Below are positions 14,006-27,059 of a stretch of DNA of 64,000 nt, one piece after another. The stretch's first letter is position 1. Every line of letters starts with the position of its first letter. Origin of the DNA: Octopus vulgaris (lineage: Eukaryota); the NCBI GenBank assembly GCA_951406725.2, contig OX597832.1, positions 1,922,001-1,986,000 of the forward strand, in the 5' to 3' direction. Position numbers and translations under genes: made by a program. The notes below the pieces were generated by a model. That model did no database searches. It was given only the letters and a program-made list of their open reading frames with translations, and was not told the origin of the DNA.

Positions 14006-14215
14006 ATGCGTAGTGTGCCAGTGTGGTAAGAAGTTCGTTTCCCATCCACGTGGTTCCTGGTTCAGTTCCACTGCGTGTCATCTTGGGCAAGTGTTTTCTA
14101 CTATAGCCTCGAATCGACCAAAGTCTTGTGAGTGGATTTGATAGGTGGAAACTGAAAGAAGCCTGTTGTATATGTATATCTGTGTTTCTTTGTGTTTGTG
14201 TTTGTCCCCACCACC
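14006..14215 (+). mobile_element. tRNA-derived SINE family S2 (CORE-like)
   Basis: GTGTGGTAAGAAG...GGTTCAGTTCC (A/B-box-like), TTGGGCAAGTG and GGAAACTGAAAGAAGCC. Homologous to 35383-35765. Confidence 0.75.
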
Positions 14216-15570
14216 GTATTATTGGAAGTTTGTTTTGTTTGGGATAAATATTAGTAAATGGATGTATTAACTTAGTGATATGAAAATAGTTTCATGTTTT
14301 GTTAACATCTTCATTATTAATTTGAAGTTTTACTTATAGTTTGGTACAGCTATATCTAAATAGATTTATCGTCTGATATTAATGCTTAGTATTAATTTGT
14401 TTACATTGTGGAACATTTTGTTTACCGACAAGTTGAAAGTTTATTCTTTATTCTTTATTGTAAAAATTATTTAAGTTATTAAAATTAATTAATTACAAAA
14501 TCTATTTTAACAAAGGACAAAACTATCTACATAAGATCAATATGTAAACAAAAATACTTATCTTTTCCACATCATAATCTATGAACACAGCTACTGTATA
14601 ATAACATATCCATTCCTTAACCCAACCAGCCAACTGTTTTTTAGCAAATAAAAGCAATTATTAACTGCACTTCATCAGTTTTTCTATTTCTATGTTTAAG
14701 TACTTGCTCACAATCACCAAATCTATATAAATTTTTAATACCTCTACTTTGAAGATGGCTATATTCATGACCGAATGTTTAGTTATATTTCCTCGACCGC
14801 TAGCATGCTTCATTTCCATGCAAACCAAAATAATATAATTAACTAAGTAGGCATTCACAAACAAAAGGAATTCTTATTCCAGTGTATGATACTGTATATG
14901 TGTGTATGTGTGCGTATGTGTGTGTAATAGTGTGTATGTGTGTGTTTCAATATGTTTGGATGCGCAGAAATAGAAAATAACATTAATTTGTTTGAAGCTA
15001 TGCAACTATTTCTCGTTCCACGTTCCTTGGAATATTTTCGCGTGTATATTAGAGATTTTCAGTTTTCAGCAACCACACACAAATGTCTTGCCTATTTTAA
15101 TGTTACTGGTCAGTTTAGTGATCAAAAGAATTTGCTTTACACATGAGAGTTGCTTTCTACGACATTGATCATAAGTGTTGCTGCCAGAAATGTTAGCCAG
15201 TGGGCAAATAAAGAGGTACATATTTTCATATTAGTTAATAGAAACCTTTATTGGTTCAAGTATATGTGACGTTTTTTGTAGTTTTTAAGGCGTTATTATT
15301 CACACATTAATAAGCAGCTCTCTCTGTATGCATATGTGTGTACGTGAGTGTACATGGGTTACACCAAACGTAATGTGATGTGTAGCCAACCATACAATAA
15401 TGGGACCCAATATGACGTCATAATACTTCGTTACATATCACTAATCAAGTGATATGCAATCTACTATTCCTCTGTAACAAGTCACTATACAGCACAGGGG
15501 AATAAAGTAATGTAAAACAATTACATGAATAAAAAGAGTAGAGCGATGTATGTGTATTTTTATATATATT

Positions 15571-15797
15571 TCCTTACTACCCACAGGGGCTAAACATAGA
15601 GGGGACAAACAAGAACAGACAAATGGATTAAGTCGATTACATCGACCCCAGTGCGTAACTCATACTTAATTTATCGACCCCGAAAGGATGAAAGGCAAAG
15701 TCGACCTCGGCGGAATTTGAACACAGAGCGTAACGGCAGACGAAATACGGCTACGCATTTCGCCCGGCGTGCTAACGTTTCTGCCAGCTCACCGCCT
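15571..15797 (-). mobile_element. SINE S1 copy with an alternative (Tx1-like) 3' tail
   Basis: Well-preserved head GGCGGTGAGCTGGCAGAAACGTTAGCACGCCGGGCG, B-box-like GTTCAAATTCC, core, and tail TATGTTTAGCCCCTGTGGG. Confidence 0.85.
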
Positions 15798-18700
15798 TGT
15801 GTATTTTAATATAGTCCTGACAGAGCGTAGAATATCGTCACTAATAGTTTCGTAACAGGATTATTCCAAACAGTCGACAGAGCCTAACAGCTACTTCATT
15901 TAGATTTAAACAAAATTATAAGCAGATATGAACTTTCGCTAGTAGGTGCCAGATGCACCAATGCATTTTTGAAGTCACAGCTATCCAGCGGATGTTTTCC
16001 GTGAACTAACATGATTACATTTTTGGAGGAAAGGGTATTAAAGTAAAATTAGAAACAGAGTTTATGCAGTGAGCGGTGAGGCAGTGAAGGGGTGAAGTAG
16101 ATATGGAGGATATGACGGGTGTAGCAGGAAGTAGAGGAATTGTCTTAAGATTCTGCAAGGAAAACAATCAGGATGTACGGAAAATACGGTAAAAATAGGC
16201 AGTCTACAGTTGTGGCCATGCTAAGCAAATTTAGAAATAAACTAAAAGGAAATGAATTTGGGTTAAGTAAAACAAACTGTGGTCTAATATAAATATACAG
16301 ATAGATGGCTTAGTTATGGGCTGAATTAGAACGTAAACACGTTTTTTCTGTACCATTGAGGTGCAGAAAAATGGGGAGGCAGTCTCATGACTGACAATTT
16401 CACTGCTTGTTTAACGCTTCTCAGAGATGCCGTTCCTAGCTTCCTGCCTCATAGATCAACTGGTTATAAATCAGTCATATATTAGGCTAGCACCATAGTG
16501 GATAGCCTAATTTGCATATTTGTATTTTCACAATTCATTATTAATTAAACTATCCATTTAAGTAAAACACAGTGTAAATTAAAAGAACTTAAATAAATGT
16601 TGATATTATGAATCCATAGTAAGGATAAAACAGGAATTTAAATGCGTTATCTGGATGCTATTAAAGCTATCCACTAAGGTGCTTGCCTAATTTATGGTTA
16701 CTTTATAAGCAGTCGATCTATGCTGTTAATTTGAGAAGGAAACCTAGTACGTTCTCTCAGAGGATCAGACAGTAAACCATATATCGGTCCGTCGGAGACT
16801 CCAATCTTCTTTTTACCGCAAATCAACAGTATAGAAAAAAATTTTGTTCAAATTCTTATTTAATCCATTGTCATAATTGATAATCTCTAAATCTATTTCA
16901 GGTGAAATGAATTACGCTGTGTTGTGCTTAAATACTTAAATATATATTTATCCCACCACACACAAAAACACATGTGTGTATGTGTGTTTGTACCAATAGT
17001 TTTTTTAAAATCCTATCTGGTTCGACTTTTCCACTCGTCCCTTCGTTGTCAACAAAATGCGTACTGAAATAAATCAAATTACAATAATAATTCATAAATT
17101 ACACATTTGCAGTGTATGTTTTAGATGCTTTAATATACTAGCGGGTTAATTTTCACACGCCATGCTGGTTTTAGAACAATAGGTTTACTTTCTATTATGC
17201 AATAGCATCAATGCTAATGTAAACTTTTGCGTGGAAATATCTAAGAACGCTATTGTAAATTAGTAAACGTTTTTGTTAATTCCATGATTGATTTTTCTTT
17301 TCTTTAATTCATTGACTTTTCTAAGTTGTACAATCTCATACCAAAAATCACCAAATGTGTTCAGCGTGGTATGTTAGAGTTTTGTATATAGATATGGGTT
17401 ATCTAATCGACATTATATCATATCGCGTGCAAATTCTGAAAAGAAGACAAAAAATAAACTATTTTGAAGTTTAGTAAGAAGATAAGGGAATTTTTATAAA
17501 AGTGTTAATATTTTAGCTTGAAAAATGTCTAATATGTCGACTTTGTAGAGAAGCTTTTTTAATATATCAAACAGCAGAATTTATATAAAGTTCTGATTAA
17601 ATCATATTTATGGCTTTAACATATTTCAATATTGTTATCTTAATACGCTTCATATGTGCAAGGTAGACAAAACAACAGAGAAAGCAAAAGTGTTATTTTA
17701 ATTATGTGTATACGAGCATATAGATGTATATATATGAATGGATAATATTATTCTAAGTGTAACTGCAGCTGACATTACTCGATAAGATTTATTGAAATAG
17801 TGTTGGCTGTTTAGAATTAGCTAGGTTGGTTATTCTCCATCTTTTGTTTTAAAATATTTGTTTTACAGTTATGGTTTTGAACAGAATATTTTAAATTCCG
17901 ATTCCCCCTTATTCTCTCCATCCAAGTATCTATATGTATATGTTTAACGGTAAAATGGAAATGTAGAACATTTTTCAAAATTTATTTAAATGTTAATAAC
18001 ATATTGTTGAAACATGACATAAAAAGTGATATAGAAATAAAATATTCTCGCTTTAATAAAGCTTTTGGTATAATTGTATGTTTTTAGTGTATATTGTGGG
18101 ATATTTTTTTTGCAAATAGCGGCATATAAAATGTTTCTGTGTGCTAGGAATGCTAACCCAAGAACAATGGTGACAACAAAATCAACGTAGTTTTCGTGAA
18201 TGTTTGAAGATTTCCCTTTTCTGTTTAGAATGCTTTTATTTAATACAGCTGAAGTCTTTCAAGTTTGAAAGCTATTTTCCAGAATAATTTTTTTTTCCCT
18301 AAAAGGCAAGATCTCGTTTAAATGTCCAAGATTTAAAGCTCTGTTATAGTAAATTTGATTCTTTTAACAATAGATGTAAGCGAATGATATTTCGCTAACT
18401 TTGTCCTTTTTTGAAAGTATACTTGTTAGCTTAGAAACTGAATTTCTATCGGTTGCAGATTTTATCATACTCTATCATATTATTCATCCCTTTCAACTCA
18501 CTTCTTTTGTTTGGTCAGGCATTCTTTCCCTCCCTTCTTCTGTTTCTCTTGTTCGAGTACGTTCTTCATTTATTTTCATCTCTATCTCTATCTCTCTCTC
18601 TTTCTCTCTGTCTTTCCGTCTCTCTCTTTCCTTTTCTCTCCCTCTCACTCACTCTCTCTCTCCTCTCTCTCTCTCTCCCCTCTCTCTCTTTATTCCTCTT

Positions 18701-18828
18701 TGTGTATAGGTAGGTACATGTATTGATAGAGAAATTGAAGAGTTTAGATACACATTTAGTTCTTTACGTGTTGGAAATTACACAGACTCAAATGTATATA
18801 CGGTCATAGATACACACACAGTCACTTA

Positions 18829-19116
18829 CGAGTATGGACTGGCCAGGTTACCAGCTTGCCCGATGGTAAGTGGGCCCCTGCACCATTAGAATCCATATAT
18901 GGGTCCCGTGTTAGTATCTAAGGAGCCCATCCCCTCAAGTTTGAGAATTTTTTATTCCCTCCTGGAAGAATGCATTAATTATTTCAGCCTGGCTGTGTTT
19001 GTGGACAGTTGAAAAGAATACTTTTAACAAAAAAAAATTAGATGACAGCATTTGTAGTTGTGGGTGGGCCCCTTAGTCTCCTGGCAACCAATATCTTTAG
19101 ACCCGGTCCGCCACTG
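18829..19116. mobile_element. Non-autonomous hAT-type MITE
   Basis: Right end GTCCGCCACTG (TIR CAGTGGCGGAC) and a degenerate left TIR. 8-bp flanking duplication GTCACTTA/ATCACTTA (7/8 match). Subterminal GGGCCCC motifs. Confidence 0.65.
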
Positions 19117-19409
19117 ATCACTTACACATTTTAGTTATAAGAGGAGAGTTGTAACAATAAAGATTAAATTTACTCCTTCATTGAAAAATATAAAAATACC
19201 AAGACGAGGTTACTGCAACAAATATTTAATTTGATTGTTTGCAAGTTATTTGTTAAATAAAATTGTAGAGAAAACGACTCTGAGTTAAAATGTTTTAAAA
19301 TATAGTTTAGTGTATAGCTTAAGAGCTTAGTGTATAGCACATAAGAGAAAATTAGGAGTAAAACTGGATGATTCTAGTTATTTTAGATCTAAGAACTATG
19401 AAGGCAGTG

Positions 19410-20880
19410 CAGAAATCCTTCACTTTACACAAATAATGCATCCCTGAAAATCTGGCCATAATGCGAAATCTCGTAACGCAAAGTTAATTTTCCTATTGAT
19501 TTTCATGTTATTAAGTGAGGTTGCGTTCCTACGTACTTTTTCGAAAAAAACAAGAACGAGAAAATTACAGAGAACAAGCTACACAATTACCTTTATACAT
19601 GAAAGTAACAATTTCTAAACATACACAGTACAATATAGATACATAAAAACACAAAAATATACGTTAGAGAATTAAAAATCGTAGTATTGTAATAGTACGT
19701 TCTTACCACAAAAGATGTTGACTATTGTGTGAGGCGGGTGGTGAAATGAACGTACTAGGAGGATGAGGAACAATATCTACTATCTTATAGTTCATTATCA
19801 CCAACATCAGCTTGAAAGGTGGATAATTTATCCAAAGTTGATTGTTGTTTATGATGCATCATATCTTTGTGCAACTCAGTGCAGGAAGTGAGCTCGTTGT
19901 AAACGCGTCTTGTAATTTTTATGTTATGTTCACGATTAGGATCGTTATCAGCAAAACCCTGCAGGCCTTCCTCTATAAGTGCCAACCCTTTAGCAATAAG
20001 TGCTTTAGGTGGAACTTCCATTGTCTCATCTGTATTCTCAGATTGTTCGTTTTCACTCAGCATCAGCTCCTCGTTAAATAAATATTCTGTCTGGGACACC
20101 AGCATCTCGATGACTTCCGAATTTGATGTAGACTTTCCGCTTGGGGAAAATTTGGAATGTCATGGATACATATACTTTGGCCAGATACTTTTCCAACACT
20201 ATTCAAAGTTGAAAGTTTCACTTCACTCCATTACTCATTTATATTATTCACAACATCCATCGTAATGAATTTCTTCCAGAAATCCCCAACAGTAGGCTTA
20301 TCCTCTCTATCAATTGTTTTCATAAGGTGCTTGAACGTTTTTCTCATATAATAATGCCTTGAAGTTAGCTATCACATCTTCATCCATTGACTGGAACAAA
20401 GAAGTTGTATTCTTGAAGATATAATTTATTCTCACCTCATCAGAAAGATCATCTAAGGTCGCTGGTTGGCTTGGTGCATTGTCTAAAAGAAGCAATGATT
20501 TGTTGGAAATATGTATGGCACTGTACCTTTCTACGTCAGGACAAAAATACCTTTGTAAACCACTCTGTGTAAAGGCTTTAATCATCCATGCCTTCTTATT
20601 TGAATGCCAAATTAGAGGAAAATTAAACTTTGTGTAACCCTTGGAAGCCCTTGATTACCAGTAGCATTTCCTCCCAAAACAATTGTCAGACGAGAAATAA
20701 GTTCTAGCAGGCATGCACTTTCAGACAAGTGCTGTTTCATCAATATTGTATACTTGCTCTCATGTGTAGCCCCTTTCAGCAATAACTTACTTCAACTGCT
20801 CAGAATAATTAGTTGCAGCCTCTGTGTCAGTGCTCGCAGTTTCACTAGTCATTTTTATGTTGTGTAAATTCATTGTTTCG
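19410..20880 (-). mobile_element. Decayed pogo/Tigger-type DNA transposon
   Basis: DDE_1-type motifs YNIDETAL, LLLLDNAPSQP and NTTSLFQSMDEDVIANFKA across frames. Confidence 0.82.
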
Positions 20881-21119
20881 GGTGCAAATACGAACAACGA
20901 TGAAGTGTCTTTTGCTAGCGTTTTGCCCAAAAGCAAAACACTGACATGAAACACTTTCCCGAAAAATAAAAATTTTCACAAGATTTTATACACCAAACTG
21001 GGGTCACAATTCCACAAACAGTTACAAAGGGGAGGGGGGAATAACGTACAGCTGTCTTGCGAAAGACACAATAGATTTTCTGGTCGGATCCAAACATGAA
21101 TTAGAGACACCAAAAAATT

Positions 21120-21372
21120 AAAGGTGAAAGTGAGTCACCTTGGAAAATGCCACAGTTGATATTAATATTTTCTGTGGTCAGCACTTCATTAGAGTGGTAT
21201 AATTGGAGATTCGTATTCCACACTAACATGCTGTGCTTCAGGAAGTTTTAAATTACAGGAGAAACTTTGAAAATATCCAGCGATTTCAAGATCCATGAAT
21301 GCTGTATGCTGTCAAAGGCCTTTTTATAATCAATCCACGCAGAACTGAAACATCTGCGTTTATTATGACTTT
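21120..21372 (-). mobile_element. Short internal RT fragment of a Dong-type element (similar to family E)
   Basis: AWIDYKKAFDSIQHSWILKSL and GIFQGDSLSP. Confidence 0.8.
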
Positions 21373-21375
21373 TCT

Positions 21376-24300
21376 CAAGGATCATGCAAACGGAAAAAAG
21401 AGAAAGAAAAGCAAATATATGGACAAACAACAATTTTCATCCACGCAAGAAGTAGAAAGAAAAATATCAAACCCACAAAAGCAAATACACCCAAAACAAA
21501 CACTGCATCGATACCACCACCTCTAACACCTGAAACACAAGCCATCTCCCACACACAACCACAACAACAATCACAACCACAATCATCACCACCACAACAA
21601 CAACAACCACAGTAACAACAACAACAGCAACAACAAACACAAATTAAAAAGACTAGCATTGCAAACTACATGTCAATAAGCACAAAATACAATGAATTAA
21701 TGAAGTACATAACCAAAAGATTTTGTCACACCCAGAAATCATTCGAACAACACTCATATTTGTATGCACACATACAAATCATTCGAACAACACAAAACAT
21801 ATACACACGCCTAAAAACCAATTCCCACAGGAACTCAGAGATTTCCGAGGGAATATGACCAAGAAAATACTTGGTTATTTACTCGAGAAACACCCTAAGC
21901 GAACAGGAGGGACGAGCAAATCCAAGTAAGTTTCCCTTTTATTTTATTTTTCCGATATGGTCGTGCACAGAATAGACAATGTGAATATACGTGGCCTGGG
22001 GTTGCCTTAGGAGCGGGGTCACCTGCTCAACGATCTCAGGACACTGAATGTCGACGTGGTGGCTGTTAGTGAAACTCGGATTTCCGACTCAAACGACTTC
22101 CAACCCATTTTCCATGACTATGAGGTGTATGTATCCCCAAGTCGTCCGAGAGCGGGAGGTGGGGTCGCCGTGACGGTTCAGAAAAATCTGGATCTTACAA
22201 TACGGACGACCTTCCTGGATCCGGAAGGTAAGCCGGTGGTCTTACATGTAACAAACAGCAAAGGACATACTTTCAGGCTAGTTGCCGTCTATGCCCAGAC
22301 AGGGGCAGGACGACCTAATTTCTTCAGACGTCTGGAAACTTTCCTGGGAACGTCCCGCTCTTTAGTGTTAGTGGGAGATTGGAATGGAGTTTTAGATGTA
22401 AGGTGGGACTGTGTAGGTTTAGCAGATAGGAGAGGAGGGCGCAAAATCCTCGCAGACCTGCATGGACGATTCCAACTGTCTGGCAGGTATCGATTTCCCA
22501 GATGGACCAGTGTTGACCTGGTAAAACTGCATCGGGTCATCCTGATTGTACCTAGATAGGGTACTCTGTACAGTAGCAGATATGGATAGCATAGGTTGTT
22601 CACAGTTTAAAGTAGTCGGCTACACAAACCATAAATTCGAGATCTGTACAGCCGACTTAGATAAGATTCATAGAAAGGGACCCGGTTACTGGAAGTTGAA
22701 CACGTCATTGCAGGCGCGTAAAGATTTCAGAGACCGGTTTAGTGAACTAAGGCAATAATCAACAATAGATGGTGGTTCGCTCTGAAGAGGACGATTAGAA
22801 TAGAATCGATAAGGCTTTGCAAAGGATTTGCAGTAGAAAGAAACAGAGTAGAGCAGAGCTAGTCAAGAAGTTAGAAGAGGCATTTAGAAAAGGCATCGCG
22901 AACGACGTGCTCGCAGCGAGATTGGCACTCGACAAATTCTTCAACGCGAAACACGAAGGTTGCATTGTCAGAGCTAAGGCACGAGTACTTATACACGAAG
23001 GAATGAAAGCCATTCAATGGGCCCGAGTGGAAGAGGCACGGTAGGGCAATAAATTCACGATCCGATCCTAGCCGGAACACAACGGACAAACGACAACCTC
23101 CACATCATGCGCTACATCATTGATAAAGTGGCTAAAGAACCTGGAACGGGTAAGGCCCTGATCAATTTAGCTCAACTAAAGCTTTCAATAGGTGCGACCA
23201 TCTATACCTGGCGGCAGTCCTCGAGGCAACTCTGCTCTACTCTGTTTCTTTCTACTGCAAATCCTTTGCAAAGCTTTATCGATTCTATTCTAATCGTCCT
23301 CTTCGAGCCTGTATTCGGCGGTTGGATCGCTGTAATGCACAGAGACATTTCTTCAGTGGTCAGAGTGAACAGTCACCTCTCAGAACAGTTTAACATCATG
23401 CACTCGGTCCGACAAGGTTGCCCCCTCTCGTTTCTTTTGTATGTACTGATTCTCGCGCCATTAATACACAAACTGGAGGCATTGAGAGGCATCCTGTATG
23501 TCCTAGGATGTGGGAGATGCGTGTCGGCATATGCCAACGACGTCACCGTAGTTGTGTCGGATCATAAACAAATAGAAATGATGGGCACTGCTGTCAGGGA
23601 CTACGAGGCGGTTTCAGGAGCGACAATTAACCAGGAAAAATCAGTGAGCTTGCAGCTCGGCACCTGAAGAAGCAAGTCCATGCCGTCCAACTGCGTTGTC
23701 GGGCGCTGAACGGACGGACCAGTTAAATTGCTCGGGATCTGGTTCGGTTCGGACCTCCAGGTGGACAAAAAGTGGGACAAGGTAACTAACAGGATGACTA
23801 CTCTCACCCAAAAATGAGCAGAGAGTGAGCTATCCCTTAAAAGTCGGGCAGAGGTGGCTAACGCGTATATCGCGTCCGTCATTTACTATCGTTTGACCGT
23901 CGTGCCTTGCCCTCGCCACCGTTTGATTACGCTGAAGGGTATGCTCTTCCGCTTTTTGTGGAAGGGACGCGTCCCAACGGTCACGCGGTCTACCCCCGCT
24001 GCGTGGTGGCCTGAGCATACCGTCGTTGAAGATGCGCAGACATGCGCTGGGGCTACGACATCTCCAGTGCTTCCTTGACTGTGAACAGGCGCGGTCGCCG
24101 TTCACCAGACACGTATTTCCACAGCTAGTCCAGGGTAAAACAGAAACCAAGGCAGAGCATTGAGAAGTAGAATGTCTCCAAGCGCTCACAGCCCTCAGCC
24201 AATCGGACAATGCGATAGATGGAACGTCCACCTTAGCTTTTTATAGAGGATTAGTGGAGGAAAAGAGCGACGACGTTCTTGGTAAGACTTTGGGCGTTGA

Positions 24301-25770
24301 AGATCAGCTAATCGCTGAGAACTTACGGCCCGGGGCCGATGAATAATTTCCTTAAATCTCTGGCCTGGCAGTGCTACCGGGGAGCTTTGCCTGTTCGAGA
24401 TTAACTTTACAGGTAGGTGCCGTCAGCCGAGAGTGTCCGACAATCGCGCAGGACGACAAGACAGTCCTGCATCACTCACATGTCAGTAATGCCCGAGCAT
24501 TTCTGACATGTGGGTTTATGTCGCACACCTGCTGTCTCATGTAAGACGTGTAGGAAATACGACCATATGTGGAGGTTGGTGACGTAGGTAAGTCACACGG
24601 TCGCATCCCTAACGAAATATGATAAGCCATAAATACAATTTATACAATGCAGTGCCAACAGAATATAGATGAATTGACGACAAGCCGTTCCACTGTTTGA
24701 GAGAAGAGAAGATTTTATTTACAATGGTGTTAATGTTAGAAGGTTGTGAGTGCTAGCAAGTGTGTGTGTGTGCGTGAGAGATACAATAAGGGTGAAAGCG
24801 TGTGACATAGTAGGTACAGAGCATAGAGTTAATGATGGAAATTGGTTTACAGTTCATAAGGTACACGATATGTAAGAGTTCAATATCAAGATGTTGTGTC
24901 TCGGGCGGAGGCCAGTTGGGCGAATTATTGTCGAGTCGCGGTCGTGGTCTCAATCGGCGAGCGGGTTCTCTTAATATAGAATTCTTCAGATGGACTGTTT
25001 CTACTTGGTGAAGGGATTCACTCTAACAGCGTGGTTCTGTGAAGTTGGTGTGTACATGTCTGAAGTGGACGATGGTGATGGTGACTTGAAGTTGGTACAG
25101 TGATGAACATGTTGAGTAGCTCTGTGGTCAGAGGTTTAGTCGAGTCACTTGTTATGCTTATTTTTCTCTTGATATAGATATTCTTTCAGATATATATACT
25201 GCAACTGTTTTTCCGTGGTGAGATTTTCACCTAACAGCATGAGTTGAATCTGTAGTTATCTTGTGTACAAGTTAAATCTTCGTAGATAGAGACGATGTTG
25301 GTGATGACGTTATGTCTGTCGCTTGGTTTACTATAGCGTCTTCATATTATCTTTTGCTTGGTTGTCGTCTGCCTTTCGAAAATGAAAAGTCCTATCCGAA
25401 AGCCGTGATTGGTCAGTTTACACACTGTCGCGAAGTAAGTAGAGAGACAGACCGCGCTTAGATGCTAACCAATCAAAATAGTGGACACAACAACGTTAAA
25501 CTAGCCAAAGATGTTTGTAATCTCAAATGAGATCATTCTTAATATTTTTCTCAAACAGTGAAGATAGCAATGAAGAAAACAATATTGCTACAGACGGATC
25601 CGACTGTCAACTGAATCCATCGTGATCATCGCCCCGCCGCCTTCCTTTAACCGGGAAGGAAATACTGCTTTTATATACCTGGTGGCCATGGTGAAAGAGG
25701 TTGTATGGTGAACGAGATTGTATAGTGCATAATGTTTTTCTTAATGTAAACCCTTGTGGCTAATAAAGAA
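21376..25770 (+). mobile_element. Second decayed Tx1/L1-clade LINE, interrupted by a solo LTR
   Basis: ORF1 remnant to 21929. APE motifs VSETR, VYA and GDWN. GPGYWKLN, RQGCPLS, YAND and RLTVVPCP. Ends with CCCTTGTGGCTAATAAA. Large RT deletion near 23085. Confidence 0.87.
24549..25592 (-). mobile_element. Solo LTR (1044 bp, probably Gypsy-type)
   Basis: Termini TGTAG...CTACA. 4-bp TSD GACG (24545-24548 and 25593-25596). The host LINE reading resumes after it. AATAAA on the minus strand near 24715 and CCAAT boxes near 25410 and 25470. Confidence 0.85.
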
Positions 25771-25831
<61 letters not shown>

Positions 25832-25861
25832 CTGTTGTTGTTATTATTATTATTATTATTA
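25770..25861. repeat. (ATT)n/(GTT)n microsatellite
   Basis: Direct reading. Confidence 0.95.
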
Positions 25862-26194
25862 TATTTTAAAAGGATTGACGTAATTCTTCTCAAAGGTAAA
25901 TAGACAAGACGAAGAGCGCGATGCGATTGCAATAGATATTTTATTGGTTGAACGATATTTCGACAGCAAGCCTGACTTTGTCGAATTCAAAATAAAATGT
26001 GATAAAAATACAAAATTATAGAAATTCAAATCTAAAGTATGAACGAGAGCAACCAGCGTTCACACGTTGATGGAATGACATCATCAGTCTTTCAATTTTA
26101 TAACAGGCGAAAAGAAAAAGACAGGAAAAAAAGAAAGGAAAAATAAGAATATTCAATTAAACAGTTTTGTATAAATTTTGATGATATTCTGTCA

Positions 26195-27055
26195 TTTTAT
26201 TCATTCCTCCAGGGCGTGATGTAACCCACAAACATATTTCTCCTCATGTATTTTGAGTATTGAAAGAGAAGCAGATTCAGAATATTTTTTGAGAATATGC
26301 ACTTTCAAGACTTCCTCAAAATTGAAGCCGCTTGAAACAAAATGTTCAGCAAGTTCTGTGGAACTACTGTTTTGTGCCTGACGTCGAATCTGTGACCATT
26401 AAACCTTTTGTTTAATTGTTCTGTTGTGCAATCAACATAAATTAAGTTGTATTTCGTGCATTCAGCAGCGTACACCAAATGGGAATCTTTACATGTTCCA
26501 CCTTCTGTATAAATCATAGCATTTCTCTTATGATCCCTGATGGAATTCACTTCACTCATGTTGTTGCACATGGATTACCTCTCTTGCGGCTGTTCTTTAA
26601 GTTACAGCGTGTAGATACTCCAATCTTAGTTTTCTTGGAGTCAGAAATAGAAGTCAATAGATCTCTTATATTTTTATTCCGTTTAAAGGTTACAACAGGC
26701 GACTGAGGAAATATCTGTTTGAAACAAGGATACTTTCCCGCAACATGCTGGTAACTTTTATGCAACACTTTTGAAATACCAGCGAAGTTGCGGTGTCAAT
26801 TAATCACTAAAGGAATTCTGTCACATATTGCATTGTGTTTGCTAAACTTGTGCGTGAAGTTTTGACTTTCTTTGGTAATCTTAGCTATCTCATTTGCTAT
26901 TTCCTTTAATCGTGACTCACTGTAACCGCATTTGACATAATGGCGTATAAAAACATTTGCAGCTTTCCAGTAATCCCCTATGTCAGTAGAAATCTGTTTT
27001 ATCCTCAAAAATTGGGATTTCGGATTCGACCGAATTATATGATGTGGATGATTGG
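26195..27055 (-). mobile_element. Penelope-like element 3' fragment (RT thumb + GIY-YIG endonuclease), decayed
   Basis: HPHHIIRSNPKSQFLRIK, FKRNKNIRDLL, CKDSHLVYAAECTKYNLIYVDCT...KRFNGHR and a terminal PGGMN-like motif. Confidence 0.85.
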
Positions 27056-27059
27056 TGCG

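Noticed and set aside
25945-26100. Possible hammerhead downstream of the GIY-YIG fragment (GACA...TGTC-GAAA and a separate CTGATGA on the minus strand)
   Set aside because: The core elements are not correctly juxtaposed and are too degenerate to call.
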